From an uncultured Chloroflexia bacterium (GTDB lineage Bacteria > Chloroflexota > Limnocylindria > Limnocylindrales > CSP1-4): a stretch of 64,000 nucleotides of DNA. Location: positions 571,656 to 635,655 of the forward strand of contig CAWHYQ010000001.1 in assembly GCA_963833705.1 (NCBI GenBank). Direction: 5' to 3'. How positions within the stretch are numbered: the stretch's first letter is position 1; each line of letters begins with the position of its first letter. This document shows, piece by piece, positions 52,746-62,240 of this stretch. Made by a program: the position numbers and the translations under genes. The notes under the pieces were generated by a model. The model did not search any database. It was not told the DNA's origin and saw nothing but the letters and a program-made list of their open reading frames with translations.

Positions 52746-54440
52746 GTGATGCGCCTCCTTGGGGTCCTGGCGCTTGCGGCCCCTGTCGCGGTCGGGATCC
52801 TTCTCATCGTCGCACCCGAAACCGCGAACAGGTGGATCGCCAAAGGGGACCCGTCGGTGGAGGCCGCCGTCGCCGCGCTGACGATCGTCGTGGCGGTGAC
52901 CGCGGGCACGGTCTACGTCATCTCCCAGGTCCGGTTGCGCGGCATGGTCAAGGCCGCCGAGCGCATCGCCTCCGGCGACTACGCGGTCAAGGTGGCGGCC
53001 ACCGGGCGCGGCCTCGAGGGGCGCCTCGCACGAGCCGTCAACACCATCGCATTGTCCCTGGCCGAGACCCACGACCGGGCGACGGTCGACCGACTGACCG
53101 GCGTGGCGAACCGCCAGGCCCTCCTGGCCAACCTGTTCGCCGAGGTCGAGCGTGCATCACGCTACGAGCGTCCGCTGTGCGTCGCCTTCGTCGACATCGA
53201 CCATTTCAAGACCGTCAACGACACCTACGGCCACGCGGCCGGCGACATCGTCCTGCGGGGCGTTGCACAGACGATCAGCGAGAACCTTCGGGCGAGTGAC
53301 CTCATCGGCCGGTACGGCGGCGAGGAATTCATGCTCATCCTGACCGAGACCAACGTCGAGGAGGGGGCCGGGCTCAGCGAGAAGTTGCGGATGCTGGTCG
53401 AGCGCGCCAGTTTCGCCGTTGAAGGCAACCCGAACCTGTCGGTGACCATCTCGATCGGCATCGTCGGCGGTGCCGGTCAACAGCTCCGGATGGATACCCT
53501 GGTGCGTGACGCCGATGCCGCGATGTACTCGGCCAAGTCGCTCGGACGCAACCAGACCTACATCTTCGAGGAGCCGGACGAGGATTCCCGCGTCCCACGG
53601 GCCCCGATCTCGGACGCCGGTCGAGCGCGGGCCTCGGAGATCGGGCGGGACGCCCGAGACGCCGCGATGGCGTCCCTGACCTCGGTCATCGCTCCCCTGC
53701 CCCACTATCGCGGCCAGCCTTCGGCGCTCATCGCCTCGATCGTCGTCGAGATGGCGCGACAGCTTCAGCTGCCCGATCCCGAGGTGGACCGGATCCGAGT
53801 GGCGGCGCTCTTGCACGACGTCGGCAAGGTCGCCGTGCCGCATGAGATCCTCGATAAGCCGGCCGCCCTGACCTCGGCCGAATGGCGCACGGTCGTCCAG
53901 CATCCGCGCATCGGCCAGGTCATCCTCGAGCACGCCGCGGCCCTGCGCGATGCGGTCCCGATCATCCTGCATCATCACGAGCGGTATGCCGGTCGAGGCT
54001 ACCCGTACGGCCTGCGCGCCAACGAGATCCCGCTCGGGGCGCGGATCGTCGCCATCGCCGATGCCTACGACGCGATGACCCACGATCGACCCTACAAGCG
54101 GGCCATGTCGCATGACGCGGCGATCACCGAGCTTCGGCAGCATGCCGGAACGCAATTCGATCCCGAGCTCGTGACGCTGTTCTGCGACCTCTACGCCGCG
54201 TCCGCGCCTCGCCCCGACGCCGCGGCGATCGCGATCGTGAACCCACTGGCCAGCGCGGTCGAACAACGACGCCGGCGAAGCCGATCGACCGGTGGCGCCT
54301 CGGCCAGCACACCCTCGACGACGATGGCGGCCGATGGCGGCGGCACCATGGATCTGGGGACCAAGGCGGCGACCAGGCCCGCACGCCGCGGTGACGGCCA
54401 CGGCCCGAAGTCGGGTCCGCACGGGATCGCCGCCGGCTGA
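52746..54440 (+). CDS. Membrane-anchored HAMP-GGDEF-HD-GYP protein (c-di-GMP synthesis and hydrolysis domains)
   Basis: 564 aa. Two N-terminal TM segments, GGEEF active site with an RASD I-site 5 residues upstream, and HD-GYP motifs LLHDVGK and HHHERYAGRGYPYGL. Confidence 0.85.
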   Translation: MMRLLGVLALAAPVAVGILLIVAPETANRWIAKGDPSVEAAVAALTIVVAVTAGTVYVISQVRLRGMVKAAERIASGDYAVKVAATGRGLEGRLARAVNTIALSLAETHDRATVDRLTGVANRQALLANLFAEVERASRYERPLCVAFVDIDHFKTVNDTYGHAAGDIVLRGVAQTISENLRASDLIGRYGGEEFMLILTETNVEEGAGLSEKLRMLVERASFAVEGNPNLSVTISIGIVGGAGQQLRMDTLVRDADAAMYSAKSLGRNQTYIFEEPDEDSRVPRAPISDAGRARASEIGRDARDAAMASLTSVIAPLPHYRGQPSALIASIVVEMARQLQLPDPEVDRIRVAALLHDVGKVAVPHEILDKPAALTSAEWRTVVQHPRIGQVILEHAAALRDAVPIILHHHERYAGRGYPYGLRANEIPLGARIVAIADAYDAMTHDRPYKRAMSHDAAITELRQHAGTQFDPELVTLFCDLYAASAPRPDAAAIAIVNPLASAVEQRRRRSRSTGGASASTPSTTMAADGGGTMDLGTKAATRPARRGDGHGPKSGPHGIAAG

Positions 54441-54446
54441 CGGGTG

Positions 54447-54468
54447 GCACCGCGGTACGTCGCGGTGC
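54447..54468 (+). terminator. GC-rich hairpin just after the GGDEF/HD-GYP stop (no U-tract)
   Basis: GCACCGCG-gtacgt-CGCGGTGC, 7 nt after the stop codon. Confidence 0.35.
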
Positions 54469-54747
54469 AGGGGCAGCTACGTGGACGTGCAGGCGCGGAT
54501 GCGCTTCGGTGCAGCGTCGTCTGCTAGCGTCGAGCGTGCCCGCCAGGCCTAGCCGGCCCCGCCGACCCGCCGACCCGCCTTGGGCCCGGACCGCCGGGGC
54601 CGGCGACCGTCCTGCCCGGGTGATCGGTCCCGGACCCAGCTTGCTCGCCCATCCCGGTCTTACAAGCCCCTGACCGAGCGCGAACGCCGACCGAACATCG
54701 GCCGGTCACGGTGGGGACGTCCAGCCAATCAGCCAGTGAGGTCACTC

Positions 54748-55287
54748 ATGCACGTTCGCCGCATGCTCATGTCGGGGGTCCTTGGCGTCAGCGCCCTGGG
54801 CGCGGGCTTCCTCGCCCCGGCCGCCACGTTCGCCGCTACGCCGGCGACCGCCTCGACCCCGGTCACCTGCGTCGACGGCCATTGGCCTGCCTCGGTCCAG
54901 GGCAAGCCCAGCTTCCTCAAGGCCGGGAGTCGCGCGGGCGACTATATCTGGCACGACTCGACCGGCTGGCACCTGCGGGTGACCCATCCGGGTTCGAAGA
55001 AGGTCGTCTTCACCGGACGGATCGCGGCAAGCGCCGCCCTCACGGTGACTCCGTTCCGCCTCGAAAAGGGCGACACGATCACGCTGAGCGCCGACAAGAA
55101 GAGCCTCACCTACAAGTTCTACAACTACGGCTACCTCGATGGCATCGACTTCAAGACCGCGTGCGCCCATCGTCTCGCGTTCGGCGGGTCGATGGCCGGT
55201 CACAAGCTGCCGGTGAGCCGGATCTGGCTCGGCCATCGCCACCGCCACCCGCTCGAGAACCCGTTCGTCGTCATCCGCATCCGCTGA
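54748..55287 (+). CDS. Secreted hypothetical protein
   Basis: ATG at 54748. Signal peptide MHVRRMLMSGVLGVSALGAGFLAPAATFA. Beta-rich mature part with no recognised domain. Confidence 0.5.
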   Translation: MHVRRMLMSGVLGVSALGAGFLAPAATFAATPATASTPVTCVDGHWPASVQGKPSFLKAGSRAGDYIWHDSTGWHLRVTHPGSKKVVFTGRIAASAALTVTPFRLEKGDTITLSADKKSLTYKFYNYGYLDGIDFKTACAHRLAFGGSMAGHKLPVSRIWLGHRHRHPLENPFVVIRIR

Positions 55288-55354
55288 CCGAACGCTCGAC
55301 CACGCATCCGAGGCGGCGGGCCGAAACGCCCGCCGCCTTCGCATGTCCGGGCGG

Positions 55355-55747
55355 TCAGAAGTCGCGACGGCCCTCGAAATGGGCCACGACCTGCGGTCGG
55401 GTCAGCTCATAGAGCGCGACCCGCGGCCCACCCGGGGATCGGAATGAGCGGCATGGCCCGTGCGGGATCTCCAGCGAGCGGCCGGGCGTCCAACCCCGCC
55501 GCTCCAGGTCCGCGACCGTCGCCGCCAGGTCGTCGACCCGGTAGATGAGGATCGTACGCTCGTCCTCGAGGTGATCGGTCAGCAGGACCAGCGGCGCTTC
55601 GGGGGCCAATTCGATCATCGCCACCTTCGTGCCCGAATCGTCGATGGCGAAGATGAGGCGGCCGCCGAGCACGTCCCTGAAATACGCGGTGTCGGCGACG
55701 ACGTCGTCACTCGGCGTGTAGACGAAATCCAGCTGCGCGAAGGTCAT
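55355..55747 (-). CDS. VOC/glyoxalase-family protein
   Basis: 130-aa ORF with glyoxalase-like betaalphabetabetabeta sequence character (YFRDVLGGRLIF..., ...IYRVDDLAATVADLERRGW). Confidence 0.65.
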   Translation of the reverse strand: MTFAQLDFVYTPSDDVVADTAYFRDVLGGRLIFAIDDSGTKVAMIELAPEAPLVLLTDHLEDERTILIYRVDDLAATVADLERRGWTPGRSLEIPHGPCRSFRSPGGPRVALYELTRPQVVAHFEGRRDF

Positions 55748-55805
55748 CGCCGAGCGACGCCCGAGTCAGCGTCGGCCGCGAGCCGCCCGCGCCGTCCGGC
55801 CGCCA

Positions 55806-57524
55806 TCAGGGCGACGGCGACTCCGCACCGGAGGCGACCGATTCCCCTCGCGCCCGGCGACGAAGGTGGCGGCGGACCATCGTCTGGTCGCGCACCGCGA
55901 GGTACCAGTCGCACCGGCACAGGCCTTTCGGGCAACCGTCATGGGGCAGACGCGGCGTGCGAAGTTCCGCGGTGATCCGGAAGGTCCGGCCATCGTCGGC
56001 GACGCAGATGTCGCAACAACCGGCACTCACCAACTCCGCCTCGCGTGCCATCTCCCCGATCCCACGCAGCGCGGAGGCCACTCCCTCGCGGTGGAGCAGG
56101 ACGACGTCCTCCGACGGCGGCAGTGGCGACCCGTCAGCCCGATACATGACCATGGCGTGGTCGCGCATGATCCGTGACGCGTCCTCCCAGCGCCGATCGC
56201 GCTTGGCCGAGCGGAACGACCGTTCGACTGTCGTCAGGTAGAGCGTGCGTGACATCGTCACGACCTCTTCAGACAGCGTCGCGGCCCCGAGCCGCGCGAT
56301 GCGGCTCGGCGGGGCCCCGGCCGCCGCCGCGACCTTGAGCCAGCGTTCGCGTTCGCGCGTCCATCGCCCGGAGTTCGCGATCCGGCGGCGTTCGGCATCG
56401 AACACGAGCAGCGACGCCTCGGTGAGGTAGACCACTCGCCCATCGACCCGCTTGACGATGATCCGCTCTCGGCAGCGCGGACAGCGCCGGCTCGCCTCGG
56501 GCGGTGGCTGGAGCAGCAGCGCGCAGTACGGGCACGAGGCGGCGATGACCGCCGGTCTCGGTGCGGGCTTGCGACCCGCAGGTCGAGGAGGCGGCTGGCG
56601 CCTCGGTCGTGCGGCTGGTTCGATGGTCGCCGGCATGGGGTCGGGGATCGGCGTGAAGCCTGGATCGGGGCGCTCGTCCGGCGGTTCGCCGAGGACGGCG
56701 GTCTCGGCCTCGAGGTCCGCGGCGTCCACGACGAAGCCGTCGTCGGTCGCGGCGAACACCTCGCCCGTCAGCGGCGCCGGTGGAGCCTCGACCCAGTCGT
56801 CTCCCAGGACATCGGCCACGACGGCCTCGCCTGCAAGGATGGCTTCGGCCTCAGCGCCCACGTCGTCGACCGAGGGTGCGACCGGCTCGAAGATCTCGAC
56901 CCGGTCGGCGACCGCCTCGACGGGCTCGTGGATCTCGACGGCCTCGACCGGATCGGGGGCCTCGACCGGATCGCCGACGGTCTCGATCGGATCAGCGACC
57001 GTCTCGAGCGTCTCGAACGCCTCGACCGACGCGTCGTCGGCGGTCTCGGGCGTGAGGGTGGGCTCGGCCATGACACCGATGACCGCGGGTCCCTCCCGTT
57101 CGGCGATGTCGGTGGCGAAGGCGTCCCAGCTCGGCTCGACCGGATCGGCCATGACCGGCACGGCGCTCGCGGGAAGCTCGATGCTGGTCGATCGACGCGA
57201 TCGGCGGCGCTTGGCCTTCGCGACGGGTTCGCCGACGGTCGCCGGTTCGACGAGGTCCACGTCGGTCGCGGCCACGATGGGCTCCGAGGTCTCGGTGGGT
57301 GCGTCCATGGCGATGGCCGACGGTTCCGGCTCGCCGACCGTTTCGACGCCGGTGCTCGTCGCGTTCTCGGTCCCGTGTTCGGTGCCGTTCTCGGCCGCGC
57401 TCTCCGTGCCGTTGTCGTAGGCAGCCGTCAGCCGCGACAGGACTCGTGTCTGGAGGAGCTCGAACTCCGCTTCGTCCATCTCGGGTCGACGTCTCAGGAG
57501 ACGTCGGAGTTGCTGATTCGCCAT
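55806..57524 (-). CDS. Uncharacterised protein: long acidic repeat-rich N-terminal region, a zinc ribbon, a helical region and a C-terminal Cys/His cluster (paralog 1)
   Basis: 572-aa ORF. CPYCALLLQPPPEASRRCPRCR ... HREG ... AGCCDICVADDGRTFRITAELRTPRLPHDGCPKGLCRCDW. Colinear with the next gene. Confidence 0.6.
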   Translation of the reverse strand: MANQQLRRLLRRRPEMDEAEFELLQTRVLSRLTAAYDNGTESAAENGTEHGTENATSTGVETVGEPEPSAIAMDAPTETSEPIVAATDVDLVEPATVGEPVAKAKRRRSRRSTSIELPASAVPVMADPVEPSWDAFATDIAEREGPAVIGVMAEPTLTPETADDASVEAFETLETVADPIETVGDPVEAPDPVEAVEIHEPVEAVADRVEIFEPVAPSVDDVGAEAEAILAGEAVVADVLGDDWVEAPPAPLTGEVFAATDDGFVVDAADLEAETAVLGEPPDERPDPGFTPIPDPMPATIEPAARPRRQPPPRPAGRKPAPRPAVIAASCPYCALLLQPPPEASRRCPRCRERIIVKRVDGRVVYLTEASLLVFDAERRRIANSGRWTRERERWLKVAAAAGAPPSRIARLGAATLSEEVVTMSRTLYLTTVERSFRSAKRDRRWEDASRIMRDHAMVMYRADGSPLPPSEDVVLLHREGVASALRGIGEMAREAELVSAGCCDICVADDGRTFRITAELRTPRLPHDGCPKGLCRCDWYLAVRDQTMVRRHLRRRARGESVASGAESPSP

Positions 57525-57737
57525 GCCCCGCTACCTCGTACGCGCGATCCCGTCGATCCCGAAGTCGTTCGCCCATGGCGGGGCGACCGCGCCTCGTGGT
57601 CGACAGTGCACGAGAGAGTACTCCTGACCTATCCGGTATGGGGTACTTCTCGGCTACCGACCGTTGCAGGTGGGCAACGATAGAAGCACGGGATCGGCGG
57701 GGTCGTCAACCCGGTGGCGACACGTGACACCGCTCGT

Positions 57738-57757
57738 GCTCGGACCCGGGTCCGAGC
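57738..57757 (-). terminator. Perfect 20-bp palindrome 10 nt after the paralog-2 stop (hairpin, no U-tract)
   Basis: GCTCGGACCCGGGTCCGAGC read directly. Confidence 0.35.
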
Positions 57758-57767
57758 GACCGCACGG

Positions 57768-58691
57768 TCAGGCGCTCGCGGCACCCCCGTCGCCATCGGT
57801 CGTCACCGGCTCTGGCGCGTCGGCCGCGGCCGCGTCGTTCGTGCCACTTGGCGGGGCCGCCGCGGCCTTCCGGGGCCGTTTCTTGCGCGGCGGCTTGGGC
57901 GCCACCATCGCGATCCACCAATCGCACCCGCACAGGCCCTTGGGGCACGCCTCGTGCGGCAGACGTGGGGACGCGAGCTCGGCCGCGATCGGGAAGACCT
58001 TACCGTCGTTGGCGCGGCAGGCCGGACAGCAGCCGGCCCCGACCAGCTCGGCGTGACCCGACAGTTCGGCCATCGAGCGGAGTTCGGCCAGCATCCCTTC
58101 GCGATGGAGCTCGACGACGTCCGGCGACGGGGGCGGGGAGCCGCCCGCCTCCCGGTAGAGCGCCGACGCCTGTGCGCGCCGGATCAGCGCCACCTCCGAC
58201 CAGCGCTTCCCTCGCCTGGCCGTCCGGACGGCCGCTTCCGCACCCGAGAGGTAGAGCTCGCGGGCTTCCGCCACGCTGGCCGCCGACAGGTCCGCGCGGG
58301 CGAGCTTCGACCGCTTGGCGACCGGGACGTTGACGGTCTCCGCCAGTTTCAGCCATCCCTCGCGCTCGGTCAGCCAGCGGGCTTCGTCGGCCGTCCTGTT
58401 GCGCTCCCGTTCGAAGACAGGCAGGGCGGCATCGGGCAGCAGGACCAGCCGGCCGTCGACACGTCGCACGATGATGGGCTGGCGACAGCTCGGGCAGAGC
58501 CGGTTCCGTTCGGGTGGCGGATCGAGGACGATGGCGCAGTACGGGCAAGCGGGCAGCTGCCTGGCGGGCTGCGGCGGTGGCCGTCGTGGACGCGAGGCCG
58601 TCGCCGCCTCGGGCGGGGGCGCGACATCCGGACGCGGTTCCCCTTCCCCGTCTCGCTCGGCGCGTCCGAAGAGACGCCGGATGAACGTCAC
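57768..58691 (-). CDS. Uncharacterised zinc-ribbon / Cys-His-cluster protein (paralog 2)
   Basis: 307-aa ORF, GTG start. CPYCAIVLDPPPERNRLCPSCR ... HREG ... AGCCPACRANDGKVFPIAAELASPRLPHEACPKGLCGCDW, with a basic then acidic tail. Confidence 0.6.
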   Translation of the reverse strand: MTFIRRLFGRAERDGEGEPRPDVAPPPEAATASRPRRPPPQPARQLPACPYCAIVLDPPPERNRLCPSCRQPIIVRRVDGRLVLLPDAALPVFERERNRTADEARWLTEREGWLKLAETVNVPVAKRSKLARADLSAASVAEARELYLSGAEAAVRTARRGKRWSEVALIRRAQASALYREAGGSPPPSPDVVELHREGMLAELRSMAELSGHAELVGAGCCPACRANDGKVFPIAAELASPRLPHEACPKGLCGCDWWIAMVAPKPPRKKRPRKAAAAPPSGTNDAAAADAPEPVTTDGDGGAASA

Positions 58692-58777
58692 GACCGGTCA
58701 CCTCGCTGGCCAGTTGTTCGAGTGTCCACGGGCCCTCAGGGTACTCCCGCTTATCGGTCAACCGCGACCGGCTGCCA

Positions 58778-59434
58778 TCACGCCCGCGAGGCGTCGTGCT
58801 CCGGCCGAACGCTGGTCACGAGGATCGGTGTCACCGGCAGGCGGATCGACACGGTGCGGAGCGCCTCCTCCAACTCGATCGCCTGCTGGAAGTGCTCGAT
58901 GAAGAGTGGGACCGACTTCGCCAACTCTGCCTCTTGAAGCGCCGGCACGCCGCGCTCGGCGTCTCTCGCAGCCGCGTCCCCGGCCAGCCACTCGAAACCC
59001 GACCACAAACCGGGATCGTGACTGGCATCTCGCTCGGCGAGGACTCGAGGCCGAAGCAAGGCCCACCAGTACTGGATCTGGTTACCCAGGTGCTCGTAGA
59101 CGAGGCGGCGGTCCATGTGGCCCTCTTGAGCCAGATATCCCACACGTTGCAAGAAGAAGCCGACGTGGGAGACCGCGCGGTCGGGCAGATCGGGCGGGTC
59201 GGTCCCGGCATCGACGGCGAGGAGGACGGTGAGCTTGGCGCGAGCCATCCGCTCCGACGACCACTCGGTCAGGAGGCCGTTCACCTGCTCGATGGCCGCT
59301 GCATCGCGCTGAAGGCGTAGCTGGCGGTAGATGACGAGGAGCGTGACTGCGACGACGATCCCGCTCACCGCGGTCCAGAACCACTCCGAGCCCGGTCCGA
59401 TGAACGCCATCCCGTCGGTGTTGATGAGCTTCAC
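58778..59434 (-). CDS. Membrane-anchored hypothetical protein (possibly DUF4760-like)
   Basis: 218-aa ORF. One N-terminal TM segment (WFWTAVSGIVVAVTLLVIY) followed by a helical domain. The family resemblance is from memory only. Confidence 0.45.
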   Translation of the reverse strand: MKLINTDGMAFIGPGSEWFWTAVSGIVVAVTLLVIYRQLRLQRDAAAIEQVNGLLTEWSSERMARAKLTVLLAVDAGTDPPDLPDRAVSHVGFFLQRVGYLAQEGHMDRRLVYEHLGNQIQYWWALLRPRVLAERDASHDPGLWSGFEWLAGDAAARDAERGVPALQEAELAKSVPLFIEHFQQAIELEEALRTVSIRLPVTPILVTSVRPEHDASRA

Positions 59435-59598
59435 GCGTGCACCCTCCAGCCTGCTGCCACGACAGGCGGACGATAACCGGCGGTGCAGACCCGGATACGC
59501 GCCAGGTGAGGGGTCGTCGCTAGGGTGACCCGTGTCATCCCGCCGGAGACGCAGGGTCGAGACCGGTGCAACCGGCCGACCGGGAAGGAGAACGGACC

Positions 59599-60083
59599 GT
59601 GAACAAGGTCCTGCTCACGGGGCGCCTCACGCGCGACCCGGAGATGCGCAGCCTCGCCTCGGGCAAGAACGTCACGACATTCACCGTGGCAAGCAATGAG
59701 TTCGTCGGGGGCGGCAAGGAGAAGTCGGAGTTCCATCCGGTGGTGGCCTGGGATCGACTGGCCGAGATCGCCGGCCGCTACCTCGGCAAGGGCCAGCAGG
59801 TCGCCATCGAGGGCCGGCTGCAGACGCGGTCGTGGGACGACGACGCGCGGCGCCCGCCACTGGAAGACCGAGATCGTCGCCTCGCACGTGGAGATGCTGT
59901 CGGGCCGAAAGAAGAAGGACTACGAGGCGCAGCAGGCGGCCGATTCACTCGTCGTCGCAGGCCGCCGCGCTCGGCGAGGCGCCGGCGACCGAGCCGATCG
60001 CCGAGGCGTCGTTCGATCCGGGGACGTCCGACGACGACGAGGACGAGCCCGAGGTCGAGGAGGTAGGCGAAGCGGCGGCCTGA
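59599..60083 (+). pseudogene. ssb: Single-stranded DNA-binding protein with two apparent frame changes (about 59847 and 59930-59960)
   Basis: GTG at 59599 after ggaaggaga. OB fold (M)NKVLLTGRLTRDPEMR...VAWDRLAEIAGRYLGKGQQVAIEGRLQTRSWDDD in frame 1, [30 protein letters not shown] in frame 2, and the acidic tail ...[23 protein letters not shown] in frame 3. Confidence 0.7.
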
Positions 60084-61286
60084 CCCATCGAACGTCCCGA
60101 GGCGGCGGCGCGACCCCCTCCGCGCCGTCGCCCTCCCGCACGGCGACGCGCGAGGTCCCGACCGGAATTCGAAGAACGAGACCGCCAGGATCCCGTAGAC
60201 GAGAAGCAGCAGCGGCGCCCTCGAGCCAGTTCGTCTCGCCGTCGAGGGCGATCAGGCAGCTGATCCCGACCGCGGCCGCCACCGCGGCGATCTCGAGCGG
60301 CGTGAAGACCAGGTTCATCGGCTGCGCCGATCAGCACGCCGAGCAGGACGAGGACCGGCGCCACGAACAGCGCCACCTGGAGGCTCGAGCCGAAGGTGAC
60401 GGCCATCGCGAACTCCATCTTGTCCTTGGCCGCGAGCTGGACCGACGACCAGGTGCTCGGCGAGGTTGCCGATGGTCGGGATGATGACCACGCCCACGAA
60501 GAGGAACGACAGGCCGAACGTGTCGATGAACGGCTCGATGGCGCCGACCAGGATCTCCGACAGGACCGCGAGGAGGGCCGCCGCGCCAAGCAGGACGACG
60601 ATGGCGACGGCCGGCGCTCCAGGCCGGCCCGGCGTGGCCGTTCCGGCTCCTCGAGACCGCGCGAGTGTACCGCTCGGGGTGGCTGAACTGGAACACGAGC
60701 GACAGGCGCGTAGCCGATCGATCAGGACGATCGCGACGAGGACCGATTCCTCGGTCAGCGATCCCTGCCTGGACGCGTCGTGGTCAGCGCGAAGATCGCC
60801 GGCACGAACAGGCCGATGAGGGCGAGCACCAGCAGCGCCGCGTTGGACGACGGCGATCTTCGGGCTGAACGTCTGCGCGCCGTTGCGCAGGCCGCCGACG
60901 AGCACGCTCAGCGCCCAGGACGAGCAGCAGGTTGCCGATGATCGAGCCGGTGAGCGACGCCTTGACGACCTCGATCAGGCCCGCCTGGAGCGCGAAGAAC
61001 GCGATGATCAGCTCGGCGATGTTGCCGAACGTGGCGTTGAGGATGCCGCCGACCTGCGGCCCGGTCAGCGCGCCGAGCCGCTCGGTGGACAGCCCGACGA
61101 CCCACGCGAGCCCGAGGATCGCCGCCGCGGACACGACGAACAGGACGGTCTCGTTCGCGTGGAGCCCGAAGTCCAGCACGATCGCCGCGAGGCTGAGACC
61201 GACCGTGATGAGCAGCGAGACGCGGCCGAGCGGCGACAGCTGCGCCGAGGATCGGAAGGCCGGTCGGGCGGTCCTGGGTCGGTCAT
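59920..61286 (-). pseudogene. CaCA-family Ca2+/H+ (cation/proton) antiporter, frame broken about 9 times. The 3' end is unclear.
   Basis: ATG at 61286 (ATGA overlap with the rsmI stop). Conserved pieces are spread over all three frames: [118 protein letters not shown]...[11 protein letters not shown]. Confidence 0.7.
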
Positions 61287-62240
61287 CGCTCCATCCTATC
61301 GGACGCGATCGCCCCGTAGAGCCCGCGCCGAGGCAGCCCGGTCGCGGCGCGCGACGCGCCGGGCAGCCTCACCTCGGCCGTCGCCGGCGGCGACCAGGCG
61401 CTCGACCTCGGCCCGGGCGGCGTCGAGCGCGGCAAGCGCCTCGTGGTCCGCCTCGCGCGAGATCCGACGGCCCGCCGGCCACCCACCGACGACGAGGGCG
61501 AACTCGCCCCGCGCCGGGATCCGACCCGCCGCGGCGCGAGTCCGCGAGTGCGCCCGAGCGACCCACGGTCGATCGTCTCGTGGACCTTGGTCAGCTCGCG
61601 ACAGACCGCCGCGGGCCGATCCGGCCCGCACGCGGCCGCGAGGTCGCGCAGTGTCGCGGCGACCCGTCCAGGCGCTTCGAAGACGACCGATCCACGGTCG
61701 TCGTCCGCCATCCGGGCAAGCCGCTCACGTCGCTCGCGGCCGCTCCGCGGCAGGAAACCCTCGAACGCCCATCGCGGCCCCGCCACACCGGAGGCGGCGA
61801 CCGCGGCCAGCACCGCGGAGGCCCCGGGGATCGCGCACGACGCGCCCCCCTCGGCGCGCCCATGCCGCGACGAGCTCGGCGCCCGGGTCGCTGACCGCCG
61901 GGCGTCCCGGCGTCCGTGACGAGGGCCAGGTCCGCACCGCCACGGAGGTGCTCCAGCAGCGCGGCTTCAGCCGCCCGGGCCGCTCTGCGCGTGATAGCTC
62001 GTCATCCGGGTCGTCGAGGCCGTGCCGCTCGAGGAGTCGACGCGTGTGGCGAGTGTCCTCGGCCGCGATGAGCGGCACGTCCCGGAGGATCTCGAGGGCC
62101 CGCAGCGTCACGTCGCCAAGGTTGCCGATCGGGGTCGCGACCATGTACAGCGTTCCGCCTGCCCCGGAAGGGCCGCCTGCCTCGGGCGCTCCGTCCGCCC
62201 CCGGCACTTCGCCCGCTCCGTCGGTCTCGGGCGGCGTCAC
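61283..62240 (-). pseudogene. rsmI: 16S rRNA (cytidine1402-2'-O)-methyltransferase RsmI, frame broken about 7 times
   Basis: GTG at 62240 (GTGA with a candidate nadE stop). Pieces: [101 protein letters not shown]...[16 protein letters not shown]...AVCRELTKVHET, GEFALVVGG, TGLPRRGLYGAI. Confidence 0.7.

Noticed and set aside
55806-61286. Prophage, integrative element or defence island covering the Cys-rich paralogs, the TM protein, ssb and the broken antiporter.
   Set aside because: I could recognise no integrase, recombinase, transposase, terminal direct or inverted repeats, tRNA attachment site, nuclease, ATPase or methylase genes. The frame breaks continue into housekeeping rsmI and nadE, which argues for a sequence-quality effect rather than a decaying island.
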